Below the pieces are notes generated by a model. It was not told the origin of the DNA. It made no database searches and worked only from the letters and a program-made list of their open reading frames with translations. Shown in pieces: positions 40,344 through 50,930 of a stretch of 64,000 nt of DNA. The position numbers were made by a program, and so were the translations under genes. The DNA is from Candidatus Levyibacteriota bacterium (GTDB lineage Bacteria; Patescibacteriota; Microgenomatia; Levybacterales; UBA12049), in assembly GCA_027459725.1 (NCBI GenBank), contig DAIDHK010000003.1:931-64930 (forward strand). The letters run 5' to 3'. The first letter of the stretch is position 1. Every line of letters begins with the position of its first letter.

Positions 40344-41188
40344 TGGGTAATCTATTTCAAGTATTATTAGTCCAGCCAATTTTAAACATCCTAGTTGCTG
40401 TTTATGATTTGCTTTCCTTTTTTCATATTTCCTATGCTCTTGGGTTTTCAATTATCGCATTGACCATTATCATTCGTTTGATTTTATATCCCCTGACAAC
40501 CTCACAGCTTAAAACTTCAAAAAAGATGCAAGAGTTGACCCCACATCTGAATCGTTTGAAAGAACAGCATAAAAATGACGCAAAGCGTTTGCAGGCAGAG
40601 ACAATGGCCTTGTACAAGGAACATGGTGTAAATCCGGCAGCCGGTTGTTTACCTGTCTTAATTCAATTACCCGTCATCTGGGGACTATATTATGTTTTAC
40701 AGCATGCCATTATATTTAAATTAGCTGACGTTAATAAATTAGTATATCTTCCTTCTTTACGTTTGCATCAGATGTGGAATACAGATTTCTTTGGTTTGTC
40801 TTTGGCACAAAGCCCTTCTCACATTATTGCTCACACGGGTTATTTAATTCTATTAATTCCTGTTTTAACTGGTGTTTTTCAGTTCATTCAGTCTAAAATG
40901 ATTATGCCCACTCGTCAACCCTCAACTGGTCAGAAAAGCAGTCAAGACGATTTTACTGCCGCCTTCCAGTCTCAAACTACTTTCCTGGTGCCTCTAATGA
41001 TTGGCTACTTTTCTTTCTCTTTTCCCATAGGTTTGTCTTTGTACTGGAATACCTTGACGATTTTTGGTATCATACAGCAGTACCAAATACATGGACTAGG
41101 CGGTTTGAAGGATTTTATACCCAATCAGGCGATTGAGCAAAATATTCTTCCTTCCCAAACTCCATCTAAAAAGAAGAAGAAAAAATAA
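40343..41188 (+). CDS. yidC: membrane protein insertase YidC
   Basis: GVNPAAGCLPVLIQLPV, GLSLYW. Confidence 0.95.
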   Translation: MGNLFQVLLVQPILNILVAVYDLLSFFHISYALGFSIIALTIIIRLILYPLTTSQLKTSKKMQELTPHLNRLKEQHKNDAKRLQAETMALYKEHGVNPAAGCLPVLIQLPVIWGLYYVLQHAIIFKLADVNKLVYLPSLRLHQMWNTDFFGLSLAQSPSHIIAHTGYLILLIPVLTGVFQFIQSKMIMPTRQPSTGQKSSQDDFTAAFQSQTTFLVPLMIGYFSFSFPIGLSLYWNTLTIFGIIQQYQIHGLGGLKDFIPNQAIEQNILPSQTPSKKKKKK

Positions 41189-41189
41189 T

Positions 41190-41669
41190 ATGGAAGACAA
41201 ACAGATTTTAAATTTAACAGCTGACCAGGAACAGATAATTAATGATTTAATCACTGATTTCTTTCAGCACCTGGATATTAATGGTGAATTTGATTTAATG
41301 ATTAACGAAAGTAGCGTTGATGTCGTCTTAGACACACCAGACACTGGTATAGTAATCGGTTATCATGGTGAAATATTAGATAGCTTACAATTGTTACTCT
41401 CCATGATTGTATCCAAAAAACTTGGCCAATTTGTTCGTCTATCATTAGAAGTGGGAGATTACAAAAAAAACCGCGCAGTTTATCTGGAAAACTTAGCAGA
41501 ACAAATTAAATCAAAGGTGGTAAACGAAAATCGGGAATATACTCTTCCCTCTTTAAAACCATGGGAAAGAAGAATTGTTCACTTACATTTACAAAATGAT
41601 AATAGTGTAAGTACTGAATCTATTGGCGATGGAAAAGAACGCACTTTGGTTATTCGTCCGAAGGCTTAA
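41190..41669 (+). CDS. jag: Jag/KhpB (KH plus R3H) RNA-binding protein
   Basis: IGYHGEILDSLQ, ERRIVH, TESIGDGKER; synteny. Confidence 0.9.
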   Translation: MEDKQILNLTADQEQIINDLITDFFQHLDINGEFDLMINESSVDVVLDTPDTGIVIGYHGEILDSLQLLLSMIVSKKLGQFVRLSLEVGDYKKNRAVYLENLAEQIKSKVVNENREYTLPSLKPWERRIVHLHLQNDNSVSTESIGDGKERTLVIRPKA

Positions 41670-42960
41670 TCCGGAATCTGCATTATTCTATCTCTTACTG
41701 CTGTTTCTTCCGACACAACTGGGTAAACATTTTTGGCCAAATTTCAGTTATATCTTAGGTATTCGTTCTGACTACCTCTCTCCTACGTTGTATTTTACAG
41801 ATGTTTTAGAAATCTTACTGTTCGTTTTTTTGTCTATTAAAAAATTTTCCTCAGATCAAAACATTAATTTTATAAAAGATAAAATTGATAAAAATAAGTA
41901 TAAGTATTCTATTGTGGTTTTGTCCTTTATTATTGCTATTATAATTTGGCCGGGGAATAAGTTACTGGAATTATATGGACTTGCAAAACTTACGGAAATT
42001 GTTTGGTGGGGATGGTACGTTAGTAAAAATTTGGGTCAAAAATATAATTTTATTACTGTAACTTTTGTTTTTTCTCTGGCAACAATAATTGAAGGTATAT
42101 TGGCAATTTTGCAATTTATTTATCAACACTCCATGGACGGATGGTGGTATTGGTTGGGCGAAAGACATTTTACACAACAAACAATTGACATCGCCAATAT
42201 GTCTTTAAAAGGCATGTTGGTTCTACGACCTTATGGTACATTCTCTCATCCCAATGTTCTTGCTGGATATCTGTTAATTGTTTCTACATTATTCTTGTTT
42301 TTATTCTTTCAGTTGAAAAAACGTCTGAAGTTTTACTTTTTAATAATTTACCTTTTATCTTCTCTGGTTTTATTCTTGTCATATGGAAGAGCTGCAATAA
42401 TTGGATGGATAGTAGTACTTGTGTTTTTTGTGTATCAGAATTTAAAAAATAATAAAATAATATTTGGACTATTTTTGTTTGCTGTGGTTTTTTTAATTTC
42501 TATAGCGTTTTTATTTACTGGAGAAACTTGGAGATTTATAACTTTGACTTGGACTAGTCAAACGGTAAGTGATAGGATTAGTCTTTTATCGGCGAGTTTC
42601 TACTTATTTAGCAAATATCCCCTCTTTGGTGTTGGCTGGTACAACTTTTTACCCAGTTTGGCAACGTTGAGTAATTATCAAATTAATTTTTTTTCTTTAC
42701 AGCCTGTACATAATATCTTTGTTTTAGTCTTGGTAGAAACAGGAATGTTCGGATTTATATGGTTTGCTTTTTTTGTCTATAAAACAATCAGAAAAGTATC
42801 AAGAAGTTTGAAGAAGAATAAATACTCTGTACTATCACTAGTTATTATTATTGAAGTTTTTTGGACGGGAAGCATTGATCATTACTGGTTAACGCTGCAG
42901 CAAGGACAATTATTAGCCGCATTTATATTTGGTTTAATTTGGTCAAAATACACCAGATAA
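41629..42960 (+). CDS. O-antigen ligase family (Wzy_C) membrane protein
   Basis: RPYGTFSHPNVLAG, PLFGVG, PVHNIFVLVLVETG, DHY; start uncertain, overlaps jag. Confidence 0.85.
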   Translation: MEKNALWLFVRRLNPESALFYLLLLFLPTQLGKHFWPNFSYILGIRSDYLSPTLYFTDVLEILLFVFLSIKKFSSDQNINFIKDKIDKNKYKYSIVVLSFIIAIIIWPGNKLLELYGLAKLTEIVWWGWYVSKNLGQKYNFITVTFVFSLATIIEGILAILQFIYQHSMDGWWYWLGERHFTQQTIDIANMSLKGMLVLRPYGTFSHPNVLAGYLLIVSTLFLFLFFQLKKRLKFYFLIIYLLSSLVLFLSYGRAAIIGWIVVLVFFVYQNLKNNKIIFGLFLFAVVFLISIAFLFTGETWRFITLTWTSQTVSDRISLLSASFYLFSKYPLFGVGWYNFLPSLATLSNYQINFFSLQPVHNIFVLVLVETGMFGFIWFAFFVYKTIRKVSRSLKKNKYSVLSLVIIIEVFWTGSIDHYWLTLQQGQLLAAFIFGLIWSKYTR

Positions 42961-43100
42961 GTTAGCTGGATCTGTCAATCTTTCCAAGACCAATCGGATA
43001 AAAAAATACGTAAACTTAAAAGAAGTGAAAAATCGTTATGAAAATTCTGCGAACAGGAGTTGAAATGCTGTCAAGGCTGGGCTATGATTGAGAGAGTAGT

Positions 43101-45737
43101 ATGGCCCAACCTGCTTTTAGTTATCATCGTCCCCTCTTAATAATTGATAAAAAAGGAACTCTTGGTTCTTTAATTATTAATGATTTACCTAAAAAACAGG
43201 TAGTTGTTTTTGTTACAAGTAAAAAATATTCCCCTGAAAAAAATGTTGTTATTTTGCCATATGGACCTGGTGTTCCGCGAATACCCGATAATACCTTTTC
43301 AACGATTATTGCCGCTGACCTTAGTGTAAATGAGATTAAAGATTACTCGCCTTCACTATTAGAAAAGGCAAAGAAAGATAATAGCAAACTTTATTTTATT
43401 AATAACGTCTATAGTCTAACTATGAACTTTTTACAAATTTATAAAAAATGTATGGCACATGCGTCACTAATACTCTATGCCGACATAATCTCAGAAAAAA
43501 TACCTTTTGCTAACCGTGCTGAATTGTTAATTTCTTCAGCGGTAAAAAATAATAAATTAGTATTGCAAAATAGTGGTCTTGATATTATTTATCCTGTTCT
43601 GGAAAAAGATTTTATTACTTGGATAATAAATGTTTTATTGGAAGACAAACCTCCTAGAGTGCTTTGTCTATTTACTTCATTGGGAGTAACGGAGTTAAGC
43701 TTTGCACGCTATTTAACTGAAAAACTGGATGATTTAGTGGTAATTCTTAAAGACAACAATGCGGAAAGCGAACCATTACTTTTGCCAAAAAATAGTATAT
43801 TTATTCCTCCTGCAGATTATTCTGTGCAGCAGGAATTAAGAAAAGTTAATTTTAAAAATTTTGCACAAATAAATAACGTAAAAGTAAAGATGACCAAAAT
43901 AAAAGACAAAAATGAAAATACAACTTTATTAGTCATAGCAGCGGTGTTATTGGTTATATTTTTATTAATTTCAACACCTTTGTTCTTTTTATTTTTGGGT
44001 AAACTAGCCCTGCAAGGTAGTATAAGTCAACTGGGTTCTGTAAAGCTTTCATCCTCCGCTGCCCTTGCGCAAGCTGCAGTAGACAATTTTTCTTTAGCGA
44101 AAAGTACAGATATGCCTCTCAAATTTGTATGTTCTATAGTGGGGATTAATCAGTCTTGTAGTCAGTTATCTGATGATATGGATGCCGGTGAAGGTCTTGG
44201 GCAAGCAATGATATACGTTTCAAATGCTGCTGAAGACTTTCGTACCGCAAACAGCAATAGTAGTAAGGTTAATGACGGTTTAGCTAACATTAGGTATGCA
44301 TTAACTATTGTAAATCAGTTAGAAGCTGAGAAAAAATTCTCCGGTTTACCTGTCTACTATCAGCAGGAGATTGATTTTTCTTCTAATCTCGCATCACAGG
44401 TCCTAACAGTTTTACCTGATTTATTTGGTTATTCCGGTTCAAGACAATATTTAATATTGTTCTTAAACAATAATGAACTGCGACCTGGTGGTGGGTTTAT
44501 TGGGTCATATGCACAACTAACAGTAAAAAATGGTGTAATTGGAAAGCCTGTTGTGCATGATGTTTATGAAGCAGATGGTCAACTACAAGGACATGTTAAT
44601 CCACCGGATCCATTGCAAAAATACATGGGTTTAACCAATTGGTTTTTAAGGGATAGCAACTTCTCTGTAGATCAATATCAAAATGCTAAAACTGAAAGTT
44701 ATTTTTATAAACTCGAAACCAATAATAACGCTGATGGTGTGATTACTATTGATTCCAGTCTGATACAAGATTTACTTAGTTTGACTGGTCCGATAATGGT
44801 TACCGATTATAATCAAACTGTTACCGCTGATAATTTTTTTCAGTTAACTGAGGATCATGCCGAACAAAAGTTTTTCCCGGGGTCACAAGCAAAAAAAGAT
44901 TTTCTGTCGTCTTTTAGTACAGCTTTAAGGCAAAAGTTAATGACGCATCCTTTGTCAATTAGACAAATAATAGATTTTACCCTTAATGAATTGCAACAAA
45001 AACACCTTTCATTCTATGTTAACAATAATATTGTGCAACAAGCACTTTCACAAACAGTTTTCGGACAAGATGAAACAGATTTGCAAATCCTAAATAATGG
45101 CTCCGGAGTTTTTGATTTTTTTGCCGATAATGAAGCGAATGTGGGTGGGAATAAAGACAATCATTATATAAAACGCTCATTTAGTCACGAAATACAAGTG
45201 GGAGCTGATGGCAGCATAACCCACACGGTTAACATTACACTCTCTAATCCTAGTCAAACTGGAAACCCTTACAGTGGAGATTATAAGGTATTTATGCGTT
45301 TAATCATTCCCAAATCTGCAGCTATAAATCAGTTATCAATTAACAAGCAAATTCAAAATATTGTCTCCCCGAATCAATCGACAAATCCTATATATAAAGG
45401 ACATGAAATTCTATCGCGAACTGGCTTAACTGTTTATCAGGAGAATGTTTACGGGAAGACCTCATATGGATTTTATTTAGATGTTAAATCTGGTACAACT
45501 ACCACAGTTTCACTCACTTATTTACTAGGACAGAAACTGAGTGGAACACAGAACTACTCTTTAATGTTATATAAGCAACCAGGCACAAATGCAGATACAA
45601 CCCAGTTCAGTTTACAAACGTACCCTTCTTGGAAGATAGATTCTACAGACAATCAGGCAATTGTTACCAACAATTCATTAACCGAGCAACTGCCTCTTTT
45701 AAATGATAAAATAATCCACGTTAGCCTGAGTAAGTAA
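43101..45737 (+). CDS. DUF4012-domain protein with degenerate N-terminal epimerase-like domain
   Basis: YLILFLNNNELRPGGGFIGS, RDSNF, ANVGGNK, KQPG; central TM. Confidence 0.8.
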   Translation: MAQPAFSYHRPLLIIDKKGTLGSLIINDLPKKQVVVFVTSKKYSPEKNVVILPYGPGVPRIPDNTFSTIIAADLSVNEIKDYSPSLLEKAKKDNSKLYFINNVYSLTMNFLQIYKKCMAHASLILYADIISEKIPFANRAELLISSAVKNNKLVLQNSGLDIIYPVLEKDFITWIINVLLEDKPPRVLCLFTSLGVTELSFARYLTEKLDDLVVILKDNNAESEPLLLPKNSIFIPPADYSVQQELRKVNFKNFAQINNVKVKMTKIKDKNENTTLLVIAAVLLVIFLLISTPLFFLFLGKLALQGSISQLGSVKLSSSAALAQAAVDNFSLAKSTDMPLKFVCSIVGINQSCSQLSDDMDAGEGLGQAMIYVSNAAEDFRTANSNSSKVNDGLANIRYALTIVNQLEAEKKFSGLPVYYQQEIDFSSNLASQVLTVLPDLFGYSGSRQYLILFLNNNELRPGGGFIGSYAQLTVKNGVIGKPVVHDVYEADGQLQGHVNPPDPLQKYMGLTNWFLRDSNFSVDQYQNAKTESYFYKLETNNNADGVITIDSSLIQDLLSLTGPIMVTDYNQTVTADNFFQLTEDHAEQKFFPGSQAKKDFLSSFSTALRQKLMTHPLSIRQIIDFTLNELQQKHLSFYVNNNIVQQALSQTVFGQDETDLQILNNGSGVFDFFADNEANVGGNKDNHYIKRSFSHEIQVGADGSITHTVNITLSNPSQTGNPYSGDYKVFMRLIIPKSAAINQLSINKQIQNIVSPNQSTNPIYKGHEILSRTGLTVYQENVYGKTSYGFYLDVKSGTTTTVSLTYLLGQKLSGTQNYSLMLYKQPGTNADTTQFSLQTYPSWKIDSTDNQAIVTNNSLTEQLPLLNDKIIHVSLSK

Positions 45738-45749
45738 AACAGGATTCAT

Positions 45750-46673
45750 GTGATAAACATATTGGTCATCATTTTGGGTTTGTGTGTGTTTGAAATTATT
45801 AGCAGTATAGATAACGCTATCTTCAACGCTAGTGTTCTTGTTAGAATGAGCATAAAAGCTCGTAAGTGGTTTTTAGTGTGGGGTGTATTAGTAGCCGTAT
45901 TTGTGGTTAGAGGATTATTACCCTGGGTTATATTGTATATGGTTTACCCTCAAGCTGGCTTGATGGGGTCTTTTTTAGCTGCTTTTAACGGAGATACTCG
46001 TTTAGAGCATACTATCACTTTAGCCTCTCCCAGGTTATACCTAGCAGGTGGAGTATTTCTGCTATTTCTTTTCCTGCATTGGATATTTCTTGAAGAAACA
46101 AATAATGTATTTAATGTTGAGAGATACGTGCACAGACACGGAGTGTGGTTTTTTGCGGTGGCGTCACTTACTTTGAGTTTAATGGTTTGGTATGCATTGC
46201 AATCTGACCAATATCTTGCCTTCGCGGCTGTAGTAGGAGCAAGTGCTTATTTTATTGTGCATGGCTTTCGTGAACAGTCTGAAAAAAGTGAAACATCAAT
46301 TTCGCAAAAAAATAAAAGCGGAGAAATAAGTAAATTACTATATTTAATAATCATCGATGCTATTTTCTCGTTGGATGGGGTTTTGGGCGCATTTGCATTT
46401 ACACTCTCAGTTCCCTTGATTCTGATAGGTAATGGTGTGGGTGCCTTTGTCGTTGCCTGGTTGACTGTCAATAAGGCGGAGCAGTTAAAAAAATATTACT
46501 ATTTGAAAGATGGAGCAATGTATTCGATAGGTATATTAGGCATTGTGATGAGTCTGAGGGGTTATGGTTATAGTTATCCTGACTGGCTCTCCCCTGTTTT
46601 AATCATAAGTATTATTATATATTTTTTTTGGAGATCAATTAAGAATAATAGGTTAGACAATAAAAAGATTTAG
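45750..46673 (+). CDS. DUF475/TerC-family membrane protein
   Basis: EIISSIDNAIFNA, DAIFSLDGVLGAFA, YLKDGAMYSI. Confidence 0.85.
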   Translation: MINILVIILGLCVFEIISSIDNAIFNASVLVRMSIKARKWFLVWGVLVAVFVVRGLLPWVILYMVYPQAGLMGSFLAAFNGDTRLEHTITLASPRLYLAGGVFLLFLFLHWIFLEETNNVFNVERYVHRHGVWFFAVASLTLSLMVWYALQSDQYLAFAAVVGASAYFIVHGFREQSEKSETSISQKNKSGEISKLLYLIIIDAIFSLDGVLGAFAFTLSVPLILIGNGVGAFVVAWLTVNKAEQLKKYYYLKDGAMYSIGILGIVMSLRGYGYSYPDWLSPVLIISIIIYFFWRSIKNNRLDNKKI

Positions 46674-46679
46674 AGAATG

Positions 46680-47843
46680 TTAATGTTTTAATGCCTCAAT
46701 ACCCGGCAAAGTTCCTTTCTCAATATATTCCAGCATTGCCCCCCCACCGGTGGAAATATGAGTTATTCTATCAAGATATTCTTTATGGTTAATAGCGGCT
46801 AAGGTATCTCCTCCTCCTACGATGGAAATTGCATCTTGATTTTGGGTAATGGCGTAATAAATATATTCAGTTCCCCTACTAAACCTATTGTCTTCAAACA
46901 TTCCAACTGGACCGTTCCAGACAATCGTTCTAGCAAGGCTAATTTGGCGACCAAAAATCGCCTGTGTTTCTGACCCAATGTCTCGGATTGAATCATGTTT
47001 TTTAACATTTCTTACTGAAGTTTCATGATCAGGATGATCCTCAACTATGGCGTCCAACGGTAATAGCAACTTTTTATGAGCTCTTCTGGCATCGCTCATA
47101 AGCTGAAAAGCATATTTCACCTCATCTTTTTCTACCAGACTTTCCCCTACCATAAAATTCTCTGCGAGTAAAAAAGTATTTGCCATGCCTCCCCCGATAA
47201 GCACTGTATCAGCTAAATCAATTAACTTTTTTATCAATTTGATTTTAGTAGAAATTTTACTACCTCCTATAATTGCCACTAACGGCCTTTTTGGTAGATG
47301 AATAACTTTATCCAGCATGTTAATCTCCTTCTCCATTAAGAGTCCGCCGTACGCCGGTAATAACTTGGGCAACTGCGTTACAGAGGCATTGTTACGATGA
47401 CTTACACCAAAGGCATCATTGACATAGATCTCCCCTAGTAAGGATAATTCTCTGGCAAATTCTTCATCATTGGCCTGTTCGCCGGGATAAAAGCGAATAT
47501 TTTCCAGCATTAATATTTCTTGAGTTTGTTGTTTGATAAATATTTCTCTGTCTTTTTGAAAATCGTCAACGAGCCGTATGTGATATGAAGGCAAATATTT
47601 GGAGAGATCTTTAACTACACTTTGTAATGAAAATTGTTTATCTCTCTGTTTTGGCTCACCTAAATGCGAGATTAAAATCAATTTATTCTGTTGTTTGAGT
47701 AGCTTTCTAATTGTGGGTAAAGCCTGTTGGATACGAGTATCATCAGAGATTTTGTGCCGTTTATTAAAAGATACATTGAAATCAACTCTGAGCAATACTT
47801 TTTTATGACTTACTTCATGTTGCGAAAGAAAATTAATGTTCAT
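46680..47843 (-). CDS. pgk: phosphoglycerate kinase
   Basis: RVDFNV, LENIRF, VNDAFG..HR, WNGPVG, GGGDT, STGGGA. Confidence 0.97.
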   Translation of the reverse strand: MNINFLSQHEVSHKKVLLRVDFNVSFNKRHKISDDTRIQQALPTIRKLLKQQNKLILISHLGEPKQRDKQFSLQSVVKDLSKYLPSYHIRLVDDFQKDREIFIKQQTQEILMLENIRFYPGEQANDEEFARELSLLGEIYVNDAFGVSHRNNASVTQLPKLLPAYGGLLMEKEINMLDKVIHLPKRPLVAIIGGSKISTKIKLIKKLIDLADTVLIGGGMANTFLLAENFMVGESLVEKDEVKYAFQLMSDARRAHKKLLLPLDAIVEDHPDHETSVRNVKKHDSIRDIGSETQAIFGRQISLARTIVWNGPVGMFEDNRFSRGTEYIYYAITQNQDAISIVGGGDTLAAINHKEYLDRITHISTGGGAMLEYIEKGTLPGIEALKH

Positions 47844-47870
47844 TTTATTTATAGTAGCACAAATGGTTCA

Positions 47871-47904
47871 TTCGGGAATCAGTCGGAAAATACTCGGGAA
47901 TTAA
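47871..47904 (+). repeat. 34-bp repeat, copy 1 (three 11-bp units)
   Basis: TTCGGGAATCAGTCGGAAAATACTCGGGAATTAA; 31/34 identical to 50256-50289. Confidence 0.8.
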
Positions 47905-48013
47905 AAATGTAGAAAGCAGGATGAAATTGTTAATCTGGTTTATTCAGGATCTAGAAAAGTAAAAGAAACTGGCTTCATTGCGAGCGTAAGTGTACTTTGA
48001 TACAATTAGGAGA

Positions 48014-50266
48014 ATGGATAAAACATATAATCATAAAGAGGTAGAAGAGAAAATTTATCAGCAGTGGGAAGAGAGGGGGACTTTTAAACCTGAAATAAAT
48101 CCAGACGGGAAACCTTTTACAATTATTCTACCCCCACCCAATGCAAATGGAGATCTGCATTTTGGTCATGCTATGTTTGTTGTGGAGGATATTCTCGTTC
48201 GTTATCATCGTATGTTGGGAGATAGCACCTTGTGGTTACCTGGAACCGATCATGCCGGAACTGAAACACAATTTGTATTTGAAAAAAAGTTGCAGGAACA
48301 GGGTAAATCACGTTTTGATTTCAGTAGAGAAGAGCTTTATGAAAAAGTAAAAGAATATGTAGATAAAAATAGGGGTGGAATCCAGAATCAACTGCGTAAA
48401 CTGGGTTTTTCACTGGACTGGTCGCGTGAGAAATATACTCTTGATGCTGATATTGTAAAAATAGTTATTGAGACTTTCAGGCGCATGTATGATGATGGAT
48501 TGATTTATCGAGATTATAGATTAGTTAATTATTGCACTCGGGACGGAACGTCATTTTCTGATTTGGAAACGATTAGTCAGGAAAAAGAAGGAAATTTATA
48601 TTATATTAAATATCCTGTTAAAGAGGGTGGTTTTATAACTGTTGCCACTACGAGACCTGAAACTTTATATGGTGATGTAGCAGTTATGGTTCATCCGAAG
48701 GATGTAAGGTATAAACATTTAATTGGTAAGACAGTCCTTTTGCCTTTAACACAGAGGGAGATACCAATTATTGCGGACGAGAGTGTAGAAAAAGATTTTG
48801 GTACTGGAGCAGTGAAAGTTACACCTTCCCATGACTTTACAGATTTTGAAGTAGGCAGAAAGCATAATCTATCTTTTCCTCCTATAATCGGTTGGAATGG
48901 TAAATTTGAGAAAACCGGTATCGTAGATGGTTTATATGCCAAACAGGCAAGAGAGAAAACGGTAGAACTTTTAAAAGAAAAAGGGCTTTTGGAAAAAGAA
49001 GAAATACACAAAATGGTCATCAAAGTCTGTTATAAATGTAAGACTATTCTTGAGCCTTTACCGCTTGAACAATGGTATGTTAGGGTACAATCTTTAAAAG
49101 AGAAAGCGATTGAAGTAGTTAAAAATGGAGAGATTAAAATTACACCTAATAGTTTTGTTAAACCATATATTGACTGGTTGGAGGGCTTGCGGGATTGGAA
49201 TATCTCAAGACAGAATGTCTGGGGAATTAGAATTCCGGTCTGGTATGAACTAGAGCATGAAACAGATTTTGCTGTTAGTTTTCTTGACCAAAAAGGTAAT
49301 TATCATCAAGGATTATTAAATGAGTTGTTAGGTCAAGGCTTTTCTTTTGACGAGATAGCTTTAGGGTTACAGCGTGTAATTGCTCGTATTGAGGCAAAAG
49401 TGGTGTTGGAAGAGGAAAAAGACCCTAAGAAAAAATATTTGCCTGAAACAGACACTTTTGATACATGGTTTTCTTCCGGACAATGGCCATTTGCCGTCTT
49501 AATGGCGAACAGTGATTGTAAAAACGCAGATGGCTTCTTTGAGAAGTTTTATCCAACTTCTGTGATGGAAACAGCCTATGATATCCTTCGTGCCTGGGTG
49601 AGTAGAATGGTGATGCTAGGAATTTATCGTACGGGGAAGATCCCTTTTAGACAGGTTTTGTTTCATGGTTTAGTTAACGATCCTTATGGCAAAAAAATGA
49701 GTAAATCCAAAGGAAATGTTGTAAATCCACTTGAGTTAATTGAGCAATATGGAGCCGATGCCGTTCGATTTGCTTTAGTTTATGGTAACGCGACGGGAGC
49801 TGACCAAAGCTTATCATATACTAAATTAGAGGCGGCAAGAAAATTTACTAACAAGCTGTGGAATATGGCTAGATTTATTGAGATGAAAAGGCTAGAGCTG
49901 AAAATTACTTTCTTTACAGATCATTCTGTGGGCAATTTGAAAAAAGTTAACACTAATGAATTTGATCAAAAATGGATTAAAAAAGTTGAAGATTTAACCA
50001 TAGAGATCAGTAAATATATCGACAGTTATCAGTTTAATTTAGCCTCAGAAAAATTGTATGATTTTGTCTGGCATGAATTTGCTGATAAATATATTGAGGA
50101 GACGAAAACAAATCCGGATGGATTAATCGTACTCGAGTCCTTATTTGTTATTATACTGAAGCTGCTACATCCCTTTATGCCATTCGTTACTGAGGAAATC
50201 TATCAGAAAATACCCGGGCATGATGGCATGTTAATTACGGCTATATGGCCAGACTTTCGGGAATAG
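48014..50266 (+). CDS. valS: valine--tRNA ligase (short form lacking the C-terminal coiled coil)
   Basis: PPPN..HFGH, GTDHAG, ATTRPET, DWNISRQ, DTWFSS, KMSKS. Confidence 0.96.
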   Translation: MDKTYNHKEVEEKIYQQWEERGTFKPEINPDGKPFTIILPPPNANGDLHFGHAMFVVEDILVRYHRMLGDSTLWLPGTDHAGTETQFVFEKKLQEQGKSRFDFSREELYEKVKEYVDKNRGGIQNQLRKLGFSLDWSREKYTLDADIVKIVIETFRRMYDDGLIYRDYRLVNYCTRDGTSFSDLETISQEKEGNLYYIKYPVKEGGFITVATTRPETLYGDVAVMVHPKDVRYKHLIGKTVLLPLTQREIPIIADESVEKDFGTGAVKVTPSHDFTDFEVGRKHNLSFPPIIGWNGKFEKTGIVDGLYAKQAREKTVELLKEKGLLEKEEIHKMVIKVCYKCKTILEPLPLEQWYVRVQSLKEKAIEVVKNGEIKITPNSFVKPYIDWLEGLRDWNISRQNVWGIRIPVWYELEHETDFAVSFLDQKGNYHQGLLNELLGQGFSFDEIALGLQRVIARIEAKVVLEEEKDPKKKYLPETDTFDTWFSSGQWPFAVLMANSDCKNADGFFEKFYPTSVMETAYDILRAWVSRMVMLGIYRTGKIPFRQVLFHGLVNDPYGKKMSKSKGNVVNPLELIEQYGADAVRFALVYGNATGADQSLSYTKLEAARKFTNKLWNMARFIEMKRLELKITFFTDHSVGNLKKVNTNEFDQKWIKKVEDLTIEISKYIDSYQFNLASEKLYDFVWHEFADKYIEETKTNPDGLIVLESLFVIILKLLHPFMPFVTEEIYQKIPGHDGMLITAIWPDFRE

Positions 50267-50289
50267 GTCGGAAAATCCTCGGGAATTAA
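50256..50289 (+). repeat. 34-bp repeat, copy 2, overlapping the valS stop codon
   Basis: TTCGGGAATAGGTCGGAAAATCCTCGGGAATTAA. Confidence 0.8.
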
Positions 50290-50291
50290 TT

Positions 50292-50930
50292 ATGACTAAC
50301 ATTACCTGGAGACCTCAATTACCACCTTATAGGAAGTATAAAAAGAAGATGTATGCTCAGCTTGGATTGACCTCGGGTTTTATCTATCAGTTAGGGGAAG
50401 AAGATATGATTAGACGAAAGAGTAGAGAAGTAAAACCGGAAGAAATTCAAAGTAAAGAAATACAGTCAAAGATTAAGTATTTGAAAAGATGCTTGTTAAA
50501 ATATCGCAAAATAACAAGTATGGGTAGGGGAGTGGCTGGTGTACAAGTGGGGATTCCAGAACGATTAGCGGTTATTTATATGCCCGAGGAAGAAGACAAA
50601 TTATTAACAATTATTAATCCGCACATTATAGATAGGGCAGGGGATAGCTTAAAATTTACCGAAGGCTGTATGAGCGAAGGACCTCTTTTTGCTCCAGTAG
50701 TGCGTCCAGCTTGGATTAAATTTAAATATTTAGACGAGCAGGGGAGAGAACGGATGTGGGATAAAAAATCTGATAATCCCGCTCATTGTATAGCAAATAG
50801 AGTTTTCCAACACGAAATTGATCATATGGATGGTATAATCTTTCTAGACAGGGGAATCTTAAGTGAATTAACACTTGATTCTGACCCCCAATTTTATGAG
50901 CAAGTCAAATTCGAGGAAGTTCATTCGTAA
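50292..50930 (+). CDS. def: peptide deformylase
   Basis: GRGVAGVQVG, EGCMS, QHEIDHMDG. Confidence 0.9.
   Translation: MTNITWRPQLPPYRKYKKKMYAQLGLTSGFIYQLGEEDMIRRKSREVKPEEIQSKEIQSKIKYLKRCLLKYRKITSMGRGVAGVQVGIPERLAVIYMPEEEDKLLTIINPHIIDRAGDSLKFTEGCMSEGPLFAPVVRPAWIKFKYLDEQGRERMWDKKSDNPAHCIANRVFQHEIDHMDGIIFLDRGILSELTLDSDPQFYEQVKFEEVHS

Noticed and set aside
47871-50289. 34-bp repeat as a CRISPR repeat
   Set aside because: Only two copies 2.4 kb apart with valS between them; no spacers or cas genes
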